Below, piece by piece: positions 12,551 through 26,605 of a stretch of 64,000 nt of DNA. Source of the DNA: Vicugna vicugna (lineage: Eukaryota). The notes beneath the pieces are model-generated. The model saw nothing but the letters and a program-made list of their open reading frames with translations, did no database searches and was not told the origin of the DNA. Position 1 is the stretch's first letter. The number at the start of each line of letters is the position of its first letter. The position numbers and the translations under genes are program-made. The stretch is from the NCBI GenBank assembly GCA_013265495.1, contig MU058221.1, positions 2,790,001-2,854,000 on the forward strand. The letters run 5' to 3'.

Positions 12551-13890
12551 CTTTCATGGTACAATCAACTATAAAATACTGAGCAATGGACTTTAAAAAT
12601 ATCATGTAATCACCCCACTCTTCCAAAACTTCATTTCTGCTTTAGTTCAGACACTCAATACTTCAGTCCAGGTGACAGCCTGACTAATCTTTCAGTTCCA
12701 ATTCCTGACCCTTGTCCGTCCATGCCGCACCATGTCTGGCCATTCAGGGACATCCATCCAGCTCCCTTTGCACCAAAACTTTGCCTGACTCCTCTTTTCA
12801 TAGAAGAAAATAAAAATCTTGAGTTTGCTATCCAAGGCTGACCTTTATGGACCCTTAGATTTCTTCTCATTTTTGTGCGTATCTGTACTTCAGCTTCAAG
12901 ACTGTAACATAGATGTTATCTCCTTGAATAGTTCAACTCATCCTGCAGTCTCACCTGACTTCGCTTTAATCCCCAGATTAATTCAGCTTCTCTGCTGTGC
13001 TGTCTTTGGACGGCTTCAGCTGATCGGTGAAGTCTAGTCCCCAAGGACGCTTCATGGACCTCTGGTTCTGGAAGGAGGCTTCCACGATGCAGTACATTCA
13101 CAGATAGACTCCGTACTGACTCCATCTTATTACTGGACAGTCACATCATATATTGATCAGTTAGACGTACTGAGAAAGCGAGAGCAAATAAATGGTTTTA
13201 ATTTGGACTAACTCAGAATGTAAGGATGCCGGGTACTGAGCACATTAACTCCAGATGCACTCACATATTGATTTTTCACATTAATACCTCCTACCTTTTC
13301 CTGAAATAAATATGAGTCATTTGTTAAATTGTAGATAGCAGTGATGTGTTAATAGTTTTCCATGACTCTTTTTTTTTTTTGAAGTGACCACTTCCTGGGA
13401 AAGCTTCCAAATATTGGCCCCTGTATAAGAATCACCTGTTACCAAAATAGACAGGGTTACATGAATCTATGTGATGGAGCCAGTTCTATGGCTAGATGTT
13501 TTTCCAAGAAAAGTGAAAACATGTTCCAAATAGAACAGTAAGATGGCTTCTGTCTTTAAGGTCACAAGGTTCCTCAAAGCACCTTCTAAGATGCCCAAAA
13601 TAAAGAATCTGATGGAAGTTAGAGAAACACAAAGGGTATAAACCATCATTTTGAGACAGTCTCTTTGTTAGCACTGCTGTCTACCTATAGGAAGACCCAA
13701 ATTTCTAATCTTCTCTTTTCTGGGCTGGTACACACATTTTTTTTTCCTGTTGGCCATTTGTTTGTTTGTTTGTTTGTTTTTGTTTGTTTCTGTAATGTAA
13801 GTACATTATTCCAATGACTGCTGTTCATTTAGACCTGTGCTGTCCAAATAGAGAAGCCAGTAGCCACATTTGGTGGTTTAAATTAGTCGT

Positions 13891-14808
13891 ATTTTTTTTT
13901 ATTATGGTGAAAAATATATACAATAAAATTCACCATTGTAAGCATTTTTAATTATACAGTCCTGTGGCATTAAACACATTCACTTTGTCGTGCAGTCATC
14001 ACCACCGTCCATCTCTAGAATGTTTTCATCTTCCCCAGCAGTAACTCTGGCCATTGAACTTAACTCCTCATTCCCCTCCCCTCCCAGCCCTGGGCAACCA
14101 CCATTCTCCCTTCCGTCTCTATGAATTTGACTACTCTCAGTATCTCATATAAGTGGAAATGTACAGTATTTGTCTATTCGTGACTGGCACATTTCACTTA
14201 GCGCAATGTTCTCAGGGTTCCTCCGTGTTGTAGTTTGTGTTGGACTTGCATTCCTTCTTAAGGCTAAATAAATGTTTATATCATATTTCATTCATCCATT
14301 CGTCTATTCTTGGGCACTTGGATTGTGAATAATGCTGCTATGAACATGGGTCTACAAATATCTCTTTGAGACCCTGCTTTCATTTTTTGAGCGTATACCC
14401 AGAAGTGGAATTGCTGGATCATATGATAATGCTATGTTTAGTTTTTGGAGGAACCACTGTGCTGTTTCACACAGCAGCTGCATCATTTTACATCCCCATC
14501 AACAGTGCACAGAGGTTCCAACTTCTGCACACCCTTGCCAAGACTTCTTTTCTGTTTCTGTTTGTTTTTCTAGTAACCATCATAAAGAGTTCACAAAGAG
14601 TGTGAGATGATGTCTCGCTGTGGTTTTGATGTGCATTGTCCTAATGATTAATGCTTGAACATTGTTTCATGTGCTGATTAGCCATTGTAGATCTTCTTTG
14701 GAGAAATGTATATTCAAGTCCTTTGCCCATTTTTAAAATCAAGTTGATTGATTTTAGTATCGAGTTGTAGGAGTTTTGATACATTCTCAATATTAAACTC
14801 TTGTCACA
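13891..14808 (-). mobile_element. Older LINE-1 (L1M-type) 3' fragment, apparently inserted in a MER3/MER33-like hAT relic
   Basis: L1 hallmarks: ataaaattcaccatt, cccagccctgggcaaccaccattc, gtatacccagaagtggaattgctggatcatatg. Flanks gctgtccaaatagagaagccagtagccacat (about 13839) and attatagaaggtgtccatcatt (about 14811) resemble MER3/33 ends. Confidence 0.8.
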
Positions 14809-16906
14809 GAATTATAGAAGGTGTCCATCATTACCCAAGTTTCAGCATTCATTCCCAACCTATGCAATGATAGCATTAAACAAAAATGCTACCTTTGGTG
14901 CATAGGCTGAGTTCAGCATCTTCTCTTTTAAAGATAATACTGTTATTCAATAGTAATTATTCAATAGTTACTATTAGGGACAACCTGGCACTTGAGCTAA
15001 CTCCAAAATAGCACAACTATTTTTTTTTCTACATCTGCCTTCTCTTCTGTTTGTGATCTGGAGAAAGTGGGTCATTTCACTAATTCTATATTCAAAGAAA
15101 TCTGGGCCTTGAAACGTTCTTAGAAGCATCTTGTGTGATTCTCAGAACCCTATACCAGATATGCAGGATTTCAAGAAGATCTGAGTGATTTTCTTAATTC
15201 ATCGTGATGAAGCCATGAAGGTACACAGTGCTTTAGCTACCTTTTCACACTACAAGTACTTACAACCATCTAGCCTCTTCGTTCGGCAGTCGACAGTTTT
15301 TCTTGTTGATTAGAATGTTTCATGTTTTTATATTTCCATTTTATTTTTCAGTCAGTATTTTTATATTTTGTGAAATGGTCACCACAGTAAGTCTAGTCAA
15401 CAGCCATCACTGTGCGTGGGCGCATATTTGTTTTCTTCCTTTTCTAAATTCTGGAAGAGTTTAAGTATATAGGGATTATCTTCTTTTTAAAGGGTTAGTA
15501 AATTCCCCTGAAAAACTCTCCGGATTTACTGATTTTTTTGGTCAGCTTTCTCTCTGACAACCTTATTTATTTCTTCCATGGAAATCAGACTCTGTTGATT
15601 TTTCAGAAGCTCCTTTTTGGTCAAAGTTGGTAAATTATATTTTGATAGAAAGTTATTTCATCCAGGTTCTCAAATTTATTTACATGCATTTGAGGAAGGT
15701 AGAGTTACGATACTTTCAATTTTCTCTTTTCTAAGTTTAGTTAAATCTTACCTTTTTTTACTTTAATTTTTTCCCTTGAATACTTTTAACATTTTTTTAA
15801 ATAGAAAAAATGTATTAAAGTATAGTCAGTTTACAAACTTTTATTTTACTTTTGAATATTTGTTTTCCCTGTTTTTTTCTTGATAACAAGCTAAGTATAT
15901 TTTCTGCATCAGTTTTACCTTTTTCGGGGGAGGGGAGCCAGTTTTCAATTTATTTATTTACAGGTTTATTATTGTCTAACTCATAAATCTCTTCTTAGAA
16001 CTTTGTTAGTTTCTTCCTACTTCTTTCTAAATTCTTAAGTCAGATGATTATTGTTTTCATTTCTTGCATATTAATATCTGTAGTTGCCACTGTTTGTGTT
16101 TCTCTGAGGTCACAACTTAAGCTGTCTCGTAAGAATGAAACACATACAGCAAAAAGGGAGCTAAATTGCAATTAGGGACACAGAGGTCCCAGCCCTAGTT
16201 CTCTGTCACTCTCTGCATTATCATCTTGGGCAGGTCATTTAGCCTCCTTCCTGGGTTTCAGTTTTCTCAATTAGAAAATGAGGAAACATTTGATGATCTC
16301 AAAACTTCTACTTTTCTCTCCAGTTTCGTGAAATATATCCTCATCATCAGCTGGTAACTCCAAGAATTGAGTCTACAATGTTAACTTTAAAGTCTTAAGC
16401 ATTTTTAATAATAATATACTAGTGAGTCTACAAACCATGGTCTCTGGTGTAATCCCCAGAGACGTGTTTCGAATCACTCTTTGGCTGCCATATGGGAGCC
16501 TGAGCCTCAGGTCTCTATCAATGCCCTTTACTGACTAAGCACAGTTTATTAGAATCAGTCAGCTCTTGAAAGTGATCATGTAAGGTTCATGAGAGAGCAT
16601 TTCCACAAACCCTTTGAAATACCTGAATTCAACAAACACCAAGATTGTTACTAATGAAAAAATCATGCATAGTGCAGCCCTTTGTGGATGGGTTAAGATG
16701 AAGGCAAAAAGTAACAGCAAATCTTGTGTCCGAGTAAAACTGCAAAAAAAAAAAAAAAAAGGTTTTCTAAGGTCTGAAAGTGTTGGAGAAATAAATAATA
16801 ATGAGAATATTATTAAATATTGAAAGATTCTAATCTAAACTTTCCTTTCAAATAGAAACCCAAACCAAAAGTTTATTTGGACATAATTTAAAAAATATTG
16901 TTAGAG

Positions 16907-17049
16907 GGGAGAGGGTATAGCTCAGTGGTAGAGTGTGTGCCCAGCGTGCACGAGATCCTGGGTTCAATCCCCAGCACCTCCACTAAAAAGAAGTAAATAG
17001 AAAGTTAATTATCTCTCCCCTCAAAAAAAAAATAAATTAAAAAATGTGG
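16907..17049 (+). mobile_element. tRNA-Ala-like SINE (Vic-1-like)
   Basis: gggtatagctcagtggtagagtgtgtgcccagcgtgcacgagatcctgggttcaatcccc plus an A-rich tail. Flanked by aaaa..tgttagag on both sides. Confidence 0.85.
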
Positions 17050-18497
17050 AAAAAAATGTTAGAGAATGGGAGCCATATTTTCATGGAATCTTTAATGCAC
17101 CCAAATTATATAAAATTCGTATGTAAAATTCCTGTCCATATTTAAAACTCTATACAGCAACTGAAGAAAAAGTCAGTGAACTTTTTTGTGGAAGAGTTCA
17201 TGTTACCAGAGCAAAATGAAGTCTCTCAAGTTTTGAAGTCCCCTATGTACCTGTTTCAGCGTTGACATGAACACAATATATTTTACTTTTAGTTACTGAC
17301 GTTAAAAATGCCAGAAGGAAAATTAAGAGGGAATCGCAACAAAATGCCCTTCATTTATGTTTATTTACTAAAGTCATTTTACACCTTCCATTTTATAAAA
17401 TGTTATTATATAACAATGACAGTCATTGCCTACTCTGTGTAGCCCTATGCGTTCTGAATAAATCACTTCTGAATAGTTTTGCTCTATATCTCACCACCGG
17501 TCTAACTAGTGGACTATAATTTTGTAGCCTTAAAAAAGGCATTGATTTTTAGATACATAAAGGAGACCAGTAACCATGCTAAAAAATATAATAATAAATG
17601 TATTTAATCTATTATTTTATGTGCTGCTCAAGACAAGAGATGAAAAGTTGTACCATAAGCAACATTTTGTTTAAAGATTTATGACACAGCCTAGTTTCCT
17701 TTTCCTTGCTAATAAATATTTAAAAGACATGTAATATTAAACAGTTCACCTAATTGAAAACTTTATATGGAAATATTGGGGCAATGGTTTGGCAGCAGAA
17801 GACATCGACTATCACTGAGTGTTTTGTGTGTTCCTTCGTAAGTCAGTCCCAGAAGTGCAGAAACCAGCAAGAATAAGAGCTCAACAGATTCCTGAAATTC
17901 TGGCCAAACAGTTCTCAGTTCTGTGCAAGAGACAGTGGTTTCTCGAAGTGGACTTAAAAATATAATTCATGTAATAATAGTGCTGGGCATGGTATGAAAG
18001 ACAACGTTTGCACATTTATTTTGGCTAGACTCGGATTTAAATTTAGAATTTATCACTTATGATTTGCATAAACTTAGATGAGTTGACCATTTCAGTCGAT
18101 TCTTCTCTTCTCTAAGATGAGAATGATGATGCCTCTTTGTTAGGGTTGTGAAGACAAAACTATACAACGTGGTCAGCATTTACATGTGAAGTTCCCATTT
18201 CCCTTGTGGCGGTCATCTTTGTTAATGGACCACTGTTTCAAAATATAGCAGTTAAGGTCAAGAATGAAATGTGAGCATGCACATCAAAATAGGGGAAAAT
18301 AGCCACTAAAAATCAGTGGAAGAAATGTGGATTATTCACCTGGAAATCAAAGTGAATCAAGAAAACATGCACATTCCTTCTACTGTGGCCAGAGCCAAAT
18401 CAAACACAAGAGCAACAACCCGGACAAACAGCACGGTAGGTCTGTCTGTTTCCCGCCGTGAAGTGGATCACTAATTATGCTGTGTATGTTGTTTCAG

Positions 18498-18603
18498 AGG
18501 CAAAGGCCCATTGAAAAATACGTCTGATGTCATTAACGCCGCCAAGAAAATTGCCGAAGCAGGTTCTCGAATGGACAAATTAGCCCGCGCTGTGGCTGAT
18601 CAG
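18498..18603 (+). CDS. CTNNA2: CTNNA2 coding exon (106 nt)
   Basis: gtttcag|A GGC AAA GGC CCA...GAT CAG|gtagaa. Translates (R)GKGPLKNTSDVINAAKKIAEAGSRMDKLARAVADQ. Branch-like cactaat at 18469-18475. Confidence 0.96.
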
Positions 18604-21600
18604 GTAGAAGGAGGGGGAGGGGGAGGCACATGCCGAGTGGAATCGTTAACTAGCACTTGGGTTCTGGATGGGTTTTATGCGCCCTGTAAAATGCCCCTGA
18701 AGAACACTGAACTGTAGAGAATCGCTAACGTGTTATAAACTGGCCTCTAACTTTGCTGGGATTGCGTTGACGGCAAAGGTAGATTCCGTTAAGGAGGGTC
18801 TTGTAAATCTAGCGATCAAAATTCCTTGAGAAACAAGAGTACCCACTAGAGAGACATAACCCCCGAAGAATCATGGATTATCCAGCTGTCCTCCTTCAGA
18901 AAGTCAATCACACAGCACCAGGGGGAAGAAAAACAAAGAACTTCACTCCTTTAATATTGATCTCACTACAGTGGTGCTCTTTAAAGTTCATAGTCAATGC
19001 CCTGGCATTAATGGGATTGTTCACCCAAATCAGGAACATCTAGAGTTCAGCTTTGTTTCCATCCAGACTCAAAGGGATCAGAGATTAATGAAATTCTCAG
19101 AGTATCTTTTATACTTTCAGATGGAACTAAGATACGTGAGAAAATACTTGTCAGTTTCACTCTGGATGTTTCCGTTTATTTCTAGACTTTTCATTTAATT
19201 TTGCTGACCTAGAACCCTAAAAGCCTGTTCTAAATAATCTTGTTGTAGTAATGTTCCCTCTCTTGTAAGGAGACTTTCAGCAGTAGATTTTCCCAGATAA
19301 CTCCTCCTTGTCTCTTTCAGCAACAGCAGCTTATAACTTGAACCATTTTATAAAGGAAAATGTCTTAAAATGTAAATTAAGATTCCGAAATAGAAAATAT
19401 TACATAAACAGTAATTTACATGACTTTGTTTGCTAGACTACAGTCATGCACTCTGGAGCCACGGAAAGATACAGAACCATTTCCTTCTCCATAGACGGCG
19501 CTGGTCTCCTGTGATTCTTGAGTTGCTTTTTATAGTTTTCCTCCCTCATTCCTTAACATTAGGCTCTTCCTCTAAATACTGATTCTAGAATCCTTAAATT
19601 CAGTACCAAATTCACTCTTCTTCCAAAGTCTGAAAAGAAAAGCTTAAGATTAAACTATAAGGATTACATTTAAAGCAAACGCATGGATTGCCTCACTTTA
19701 ATTTTTTTACAACTGTGATGGCTAATCCGAGGGAATGTTTTTTGCTTGCTTTTGAATTTTTGAGAAAGATAATTCATTAAATATCAATGTAATTTGAGAA
19801 TCCCCTGAAATCTGTAGGGATTGAAGACCATCATTAAATCGCTAGTTTCAGGGCAATACCAACTGCCAGGCTTCTTGAGTTTGCCGAAGGTTGAGTTCCT
19901 CTCTCCAGAGTTCCAGGTGGATCCCCAAAAGTTCATGCAAAGGAGAGGAGAGACAGTGAATTTTCTTGAGAATGTGCATGCATGCACGCAAACACACCTA
20001 CAAGAGTGCTTCATTCTTTTCTGCAAATGTTGGGATGAATGGAGTGACCAGAGATTTATGGGTGACTCTGAAATGAGTTTTGTTAGCATGGACTTCTTCC
20101 TGGGGGTGAAAATGGGTGGCTTTTGGATTGCTTTTCCATTAGACCCTGAATATCACTGGCGGAAACTGTTTCTCAGAATATTTAGGCTCCTTGAGTTCAG
20201 TATTTTTCATTGTGGTTCTTGTTTCTAATTTTGTAATTTTGGATCCTTATTTCCAACAACTGTGCAACAGGGAGGCTAGTCCCGAAGAGTTTTGACATCC
20301 GGAAAACACACCACATGCACACATACACAAATCCCAGGGTTCTAGATCTATTTTGAGATTGTGACAAAGAATTAAAATGCTAGTTAAGGATGACTTTAAA
20401 GAAAAAAAACAGATGAAGTTTTAAACATAGCCCTCTCTTTGTGGCATTCTTCCTGCCATCAGTTGTGGAGCAACTTGTGATTTTTGCTAATGTTTTGCCT
20501 GAATGGCGCATCTCTTTCTCAATTCTGTACTTATTTGTATACTGTAAGAGTTAGTTTTCTTGATCCCTCACGCCTTGCTGTGTTTTAAATACTTCAAATA
20601 ACTGACTAGAATGAGCATTTCCAAAGAATGGAAAGGTCGCCTGTATTTTGCCTGAAAATATTTTTATGGAGATTTGAGATATGCACACAGTAGAAACTCT
20701 TTATGGACTGTTGCATTTTTAATTACCGTTCCTTTGAGATAGAACTTTCATTTTAATTTGCTGCAGGATATTTGTATCGAAAGCCTTGTCAGCCCTCTAG
20801 GGAGACATCATTTAAAAGTTAATTCCTTTCCCTATATGAGTCTCTGGAGTAGGATAAATATTACAGTGTTAAGTACGTGTAGAAAGCGAAAAACAGTCTC
20901 TGTGGGATTCTTTCTTGATAAATGCAGTCAGTGAAAAAAAGACCACAGTGGTAAGTGTTATGTGTAAAAAAGACCCCCTTGTCATTTATTAAATAAATGG
21001 GCTGTGGCCAATGACTCGCTTACAGTATTAATGAAAGAATTCTCTTTCTTGAGCTTGAAGGAAACTTAGCTTGAATCTTTCTCTCATACTCTTTTTCTAA
21101 ATAAGACACTTTGGTTTCGGCTGGAAGTAGTCATTTCTTAAACTGTTCCATTGAGGCTCTGATGATTTGATGTTTTTCACAAATGCCAGATTGAACTGGA
21201 GCAACACAAAGTCCTGGAGAATTTTGAGCTAAGCTTTCAGTAACAATAGAAATGCATTTCAATTACGGAATAGCCGTTGGCATTGAAGCTTCGGAAATGC
21301 TTTAGGGCATCATGTAAATGTCTGTGGAAGTGTTCAGCGTAGCTCAGTGTGTATTTGATGGGCGTCTACCCACTTAAGTTACAGAGGGAATTCAGAATCC
21401 CTGGCCACAGTTGACTCCGGTGCATCCTTGGAACAGTTCTGTTTTTACTCTTATGAGTGCATTTCAATTGGCTTCAAATTAATTTTACTCAAATCTATTT
21501 CTTTCACAGTGGTCGTGGCCCTTCTCAGAGTCTCTTGTTTAAAGGAAGTTTATCACGTTGCTAAAACTTTAATATAGAAATACAAAAAGTGCCATAGAGT

Positions 21601-22107
21601 TGCTTTAAGGAATGATGAGTTTCCTAGAAAGCTAAAGGAAGCAAGTAATCCCCTCCCCTCCCCAACTAATTGAATTGAAACTCTTCCCTATATTATGGCA
21701 AAGAGACAGCCGCAAAGAATGACTCCCTTCTAGGGTCTGTCGCTTTGTATTAAAGTAGCTTTGCATGCAGTGAACACTGAAGGGGCCACCTAGGGAAGAC
21801 CCTGCAGCATATTTGGTTTTCTTAGTCGCTTAGAGGATCCCTGATGGAACACTCATCAGTGTGCACAGGAGTCCCAGAAAGGCTTGCCGCGAGATTTTCA
21901 ATATTCTTCTTATAGAATTTTATCAAAGTAAGGCTGACCATTCTAACCTGCACCCTTCCTAACATGCACTATAAAGACGTCAAGTTGGATGGATGTGACT
22001 CAGGTATTTGACACTGAAACCTTGTCTTCTCAGAGCTCTTATTTAGCAAGTGTTAGAAGCTGAAAAGTCCTTACTAACTGAGATCGCGTTTGTTTAATGT
22101 TTTGTAG

Positions 22108-22242
22108 TGCCCTGATTCGGCGTGTAAGCAGGACCTGTTAGCCTACCTTCAGCGAATTGCCCTGTATTGCCATCAGCTCAACATCTGCAGCAAGGTGAAG
22201 GCAGAAGTCCAGAACCTAGGAGGAGAGCTCATTGTGTCAGGG
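22108..22242 (+). CDS. CTNNA2: CTNNA2 coding exon (135 nt)
   Basis: tttgtag|TGC CCT...TCA GGG|gtaagc. Translates CPDSACKQDLLAYLQRIALYCHQLNICSKVKAEVQNLGGELIVSG. Perfect TACTAAC at 22072-22078. Confidence 0.96.
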
Positions 22243-23217
22243 GTAAGCCGGGCTTTGGGCTTCAGAATCTGAGCTCCCACTGCTGCGCTTCCGAGGCAAG
22301 CATTCTTGGCAACAGTACTGCTCAAAACACCGAACTGCAGTGATTCATAGGGAGGTTTTTTTTTTTTTTAAATAAATGTTATCACCATTATTCCAGACCT
22401 TACAATAACTCACAAAGAGCAATTTGATTTTCCAATTACCCCGTGTTTATACTGGCCTTGTAAAATCTCCATTCTTCACAAGAAAACTAATTTCGTAGTC
22501 TGGAAACTCATGGCCAAGCTGTGACTATTATAATTATTTGGGGCTTTGTATATTTACTCATTGTAAGTCAGCGTCCCTCTGTGAGTCCTAGTAATTTTCA
22601 TTCTCTGTTCAGGAGCCAGCCTCTCCATGTGTGGATTGTGTCCACATGTTAGAGATGATCAAAACAGTAGGAATTCCACTCATCAGGTTCCAATGCATAC
22701 TAGGTTATCAGGAACCCTTGAAAGCCAGAAAATGTTTGAATTTAATACAGGTTGATGTGCTGTTGCCAAAAACTAACAGAGTTGTCAAACACTACAATTA
22801 TATATTTCTTTGTTCAATCACTTCAGTGCGTCCCTTCTCATGGAAATGTAAATATCCGGTCCATTTTCATCAAATGCAAAGAAAGATGTTCAGGGAACAG
22901 AAGAATCATGATTTCTTGGCAAGATTTCCAAATGCATGTGTTGAGGTTCTTCATCTTGGCTTCTTCTCCTCCCTCAGTCCCTTTCTTTTCAACACGAGGT
23001 GCCATCGATTGTAAATTATTTGCAAATTCCAAAGTGTGGCTCTGCCACCTAAAGTTCTTTTCCCAGTCACCCGTCATGCTGCCATTTGAAGTGTGGCATT
23101 ACCAGGAGAATAACATTATCAACATGGTGAATGCCTTGGGAATACCATACTGGTCATGAAGTTCAATTCTTCGCCTAAGTCATTTCCAGAAATTCAGCAG
23201 GTTGACCTTTTGGTTAA

Positions 23218-23218
<1 letters not shown>

Positions 23219-23250
<32 letters not shown>
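23219..23250. repeat. (TA)n microsatellite
   Basis: atatatatatatatacatatatatatatat. Confidence 0.85.
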
Positions 23251-23379
23251 GGAAAAATCATTCTTGAACCCAAAGGTTTCAGTTCCTATATTGTTTGGCT
23301 TGCAGAAGACAGCTGGGAAAAGAGCTGATCTGGCTTGCATGGAGATGCCATTGGGGAAGCCTGTTCCACGCAGACTCAC

Positions 23380-24200
23380 CCGGAGCCCACTAAATTCTGT
23401 GCCTCTTCCCAAAGCATAGTCACCTCTCTGCATTTCCAAAATGATCCTGCTTCAACATTCTTCCACAACCAAGAGCAATCTGTCTTGCAATGTGTCCTTC
23501 CCGCCAAGTCGGTAATTACCAAGATCCTCTCTGCCAGGAAGTGATCGAAACATTGCATCTCCCTTGCTTCCTTTCTGATCTTCAGCCTCAGCGGTAGCGT
23601 CTCCCATACCATTCAGCTTTCATGTCCGTCTGTATCTGGCACCTGTGGAACCGAGTGCTTTTTGTTTCGCTTGCCTCGTGTGCTTCCATTTGTCACTTTC
23701 CAGATCTTATTATTTACGAGCATCCCTGTGACTCTCAGGCCCCACAGCCTCCTCTAAGCCAGGTTCCCTGGCAGCGTTGCTCTCCGCCATCCTCTCATTG
23801 TCCGTCACTGCCAGAGCATCACTTGCATTGTCTTCTCCTCATGTAGCTGTAGTCCGATCCATCACTGGCTTTCATCACTTGCACTGTTGGCATTTACAGA
23901 GGTTGTTTGAGATTGAGAGCCCCGTCAAGAAGCCTGCTTCCTTCTTTGAGTCTTGCTGGCAATGTTCGTGAATCCTTGCATGGGAGAAGGCTTCTTTCAG
24001 AGGAATGTCAAACAACTTTATAATAATTCTGAGTCCAACGCATTATAAAGGTTTGCTTATATTGCTCAGTTATGGGCCTGCTCTTGGCCTCGTCATGATT
24101 TGTCCCAAGCTTGATTGCTATTTGGGGCCATAACTGCATCTGAAGTCTGCTACCTTTGCCACTTCTGCCTCCATCTTCTTCTCCATCCTCCTTCATTGTT
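23380..24200 (-). mobile_element. Ancient RTE-clade LINE reverse-transcriptase fossil
   Basis: Minus-strand hand translation gives ordered degenerate RTE motifs: ADFRCSYG..LGQIM, LYNALDSELL, EDNASDALAV (YADD-like), GMLVNNKIWKV, ETLPLR..MQCFDHFLAERILVI, GHIAR..RMLKQ. Confidence 0.6.
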
Positions 24201-26556
24201 GGCCAATGGAGAAAAAAAATAATGTTTATTTGGAAAAACAGCCACAAATGACTGCCTTCAAAGTCCTGAAAGAGTCAAGAATGTAAGACCCCATACACAC
24301 AGACTTGCAATGATTTTGCCAAGAAAGCGCAGCCAGGCTTTGGGCTCCATTTATTTTGTTGTCTGGCATGACAAAGTTGCTGTATTTTTAAGGAGAAGCT
24401 ATTATAGTATAAAATGCAATCAAGAAAAGAAATCGTTGAATCTTCCTTCCTTTTTCCCTGTGTCTTTATGTTTATGGGATTCAACGCTGTGGCTTCTTTT
24501 CTGAAATACATGAAAGCCTCAGGAAGATATATTTCTTGTACTAAGACAGAAGGGGGTTTTGGATAGATTATTTCCACTTTGCCAAGAAAAACGATTTGGA
24601 TGTCAAAACCGAGCACCATGTTTTTGTAGTCTCATGCTGGCATGATGAATGCATGTTAAACAGTGTGCACTGGAGGACAGTGATATTCCGTGTCAGCGTG
24701 TGTATGTTTTATGTGATCCTATGTGTACAAACTGGGGAAGGCTGCTTCTGTTGCATCTACCTTTGGCTTGAGACATAGTTCAGGAAATCTCAACAGATCA
24801 AGGGGACAGTGGGTGCAAAAGCTCTTCATGAGTCATGATGGGGAACTAGAAAAAAAATCTAAGGTGTAAGCCTAATGGTGCTCATGCACGCAGCTGCTGT
24901 CTGAGAAGCACCATTAGCTTTTTGGCTGGCAATCAGTTTTCTAAAGTCATTCGCTTAAACTTTCCCAACCGCGGAAAGTTGCCATTCGTATTACATCTCA
25001 AAGTAGAAGCTGCGTATTTGTGAGCCAATTCAGCTCCACCTGGCTGCTGAGTGGGGAATGGGAAAGAGAGATTAAAGCAAAGCAAGACCAAACCTGAAAG
25101 AGTGCTAGGACTGTCAGAGTGAAAGTAGGGGAAACTGAAGCCCAGGCAGTTAAACAGCCTGATTGATGATATCCTGGCTCTATTCGCTGGTTTCATGTTT
25201 GTTTCATCACTTAAGCTAGTTTTCATGTTTTGTGGAGAAAGGTCTGTTGAAGGAAGAAGACAGACGAAAAGAGGGAGGGTAGGAAGGGAGAGGCAGGAAA
25301 GAAGGAAGAAGAGAAAAGAAAGGAAAGCGTATTGTAAATTAGTTTAGTGCAGGGAGCAGCCATTAAACGTGACAGCGTTCAATTCATCCTGGGAGGAAAG
25401 TTGAGACACTTTTTTTTTCTGTGTGTAAATATATTTGAATACAAATAAGTTCCAATGTCACGCTATGAAAATTACCTGTATATTTGATTGGCATGTTTTT
25501 AATTAATTTTTATTCACTAGGTTTCAGAGGATTTAAGAGGTTGTTTTAAATTTAGAAACAGATAATACACATGGATCTGGAGAAATAAAAACCATTTAAT
25601 AACCTTTGATTATCTTTAACCATCCACAGAGTTACACTTTGTGCATTATTCTGAATGAGCTTGGAAGGACACATGTAGGGTTTTAGAATATAGAGTGAAT
25701 ATCAAGCATTGTGATAAAACCAAAGCATTTCACCTGAATTATTTTTTTCTAAGTTTAAATACAACAGAAGCCCCACTATAACAATGGAGCCAGAACACAA
25801 GGACAATCATGCCCTGGGCAGGAATTTGATGTTCAGGTCAGAGGTGAAGGAGCGCCGTCGTAACTTACAACTGACTCCACACGAAAATGCTACAAATTTA
25901 ATAGGTTATATTGAATCTAAATGTCTTTTTTTCATGCAGACAAGATACAGGGACAGAGTTTAGAGGTGAGGAGGAATGTCATCCCTTAGGCGGTCATAGA
26001 GGTCAGGCGGCTGAATAGAGGCCTGACCTACTCCTGAGGGACTGAGCAACTTGCCCTAATGTGCACTTTTGTTCATTTCCATTTGCATCTCTCCTTTCCA
26101 AATATGAATTCTTCTCAATTGGGTTATGGAGAGAATTTTGTCAAGGTGAGCCAGTAGAATTTGCAACCCTGGTAGGATCTGAATCGGTAAAGAGAGAATT
26201 GGAGAATAAGGGGTCCATTCTAATGATTCTTATAGCCTTTGTTTCATATTATTAAAAAAATTGGGCTCAATTAAAATTAACATAAGACTCATTGTGACAA
26301 GTCAAAAATAGTCATAAAAATACTCGAAACTGGTAACATTCAAATCAATCCTGACACTGGCATAAAATCAAAGACACATACGTGTGTGTACACACACGTT
26401 TACCCACAGCAAATGCACCTGACTTGTCACCTACTTCCTTACCCCCTGAATAAGAGTAATCAAGAACTGAACAAATGATTGACAACTGTGGTGTATCTGA
26501 TTCAAAACAATACAATTTGGGGAGGGGGAGATGTGGGATTTATTTGTCCAATGCAA

Positions 26557-26605
26557 TATGTGTGTGTGCATATATATATATATATATATATACACGCATA
26601 TATAT
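26557..26605. repeat. (TG)n/(TA)n compound microsatellite
   Basis: tatgtgtgtgtgcatatatatatatatatatatatacacgcatatatat. Confidence 0.8.

Noticed and set aside
16907..16985. Possible tRNA-Ala gene (likewise at 7244 and 40155)
   Set aside because: A and B boxes are present, but the sequences are diverged, with A-rich tails and target-site duplications. They are SINEs, not tRNA genes.
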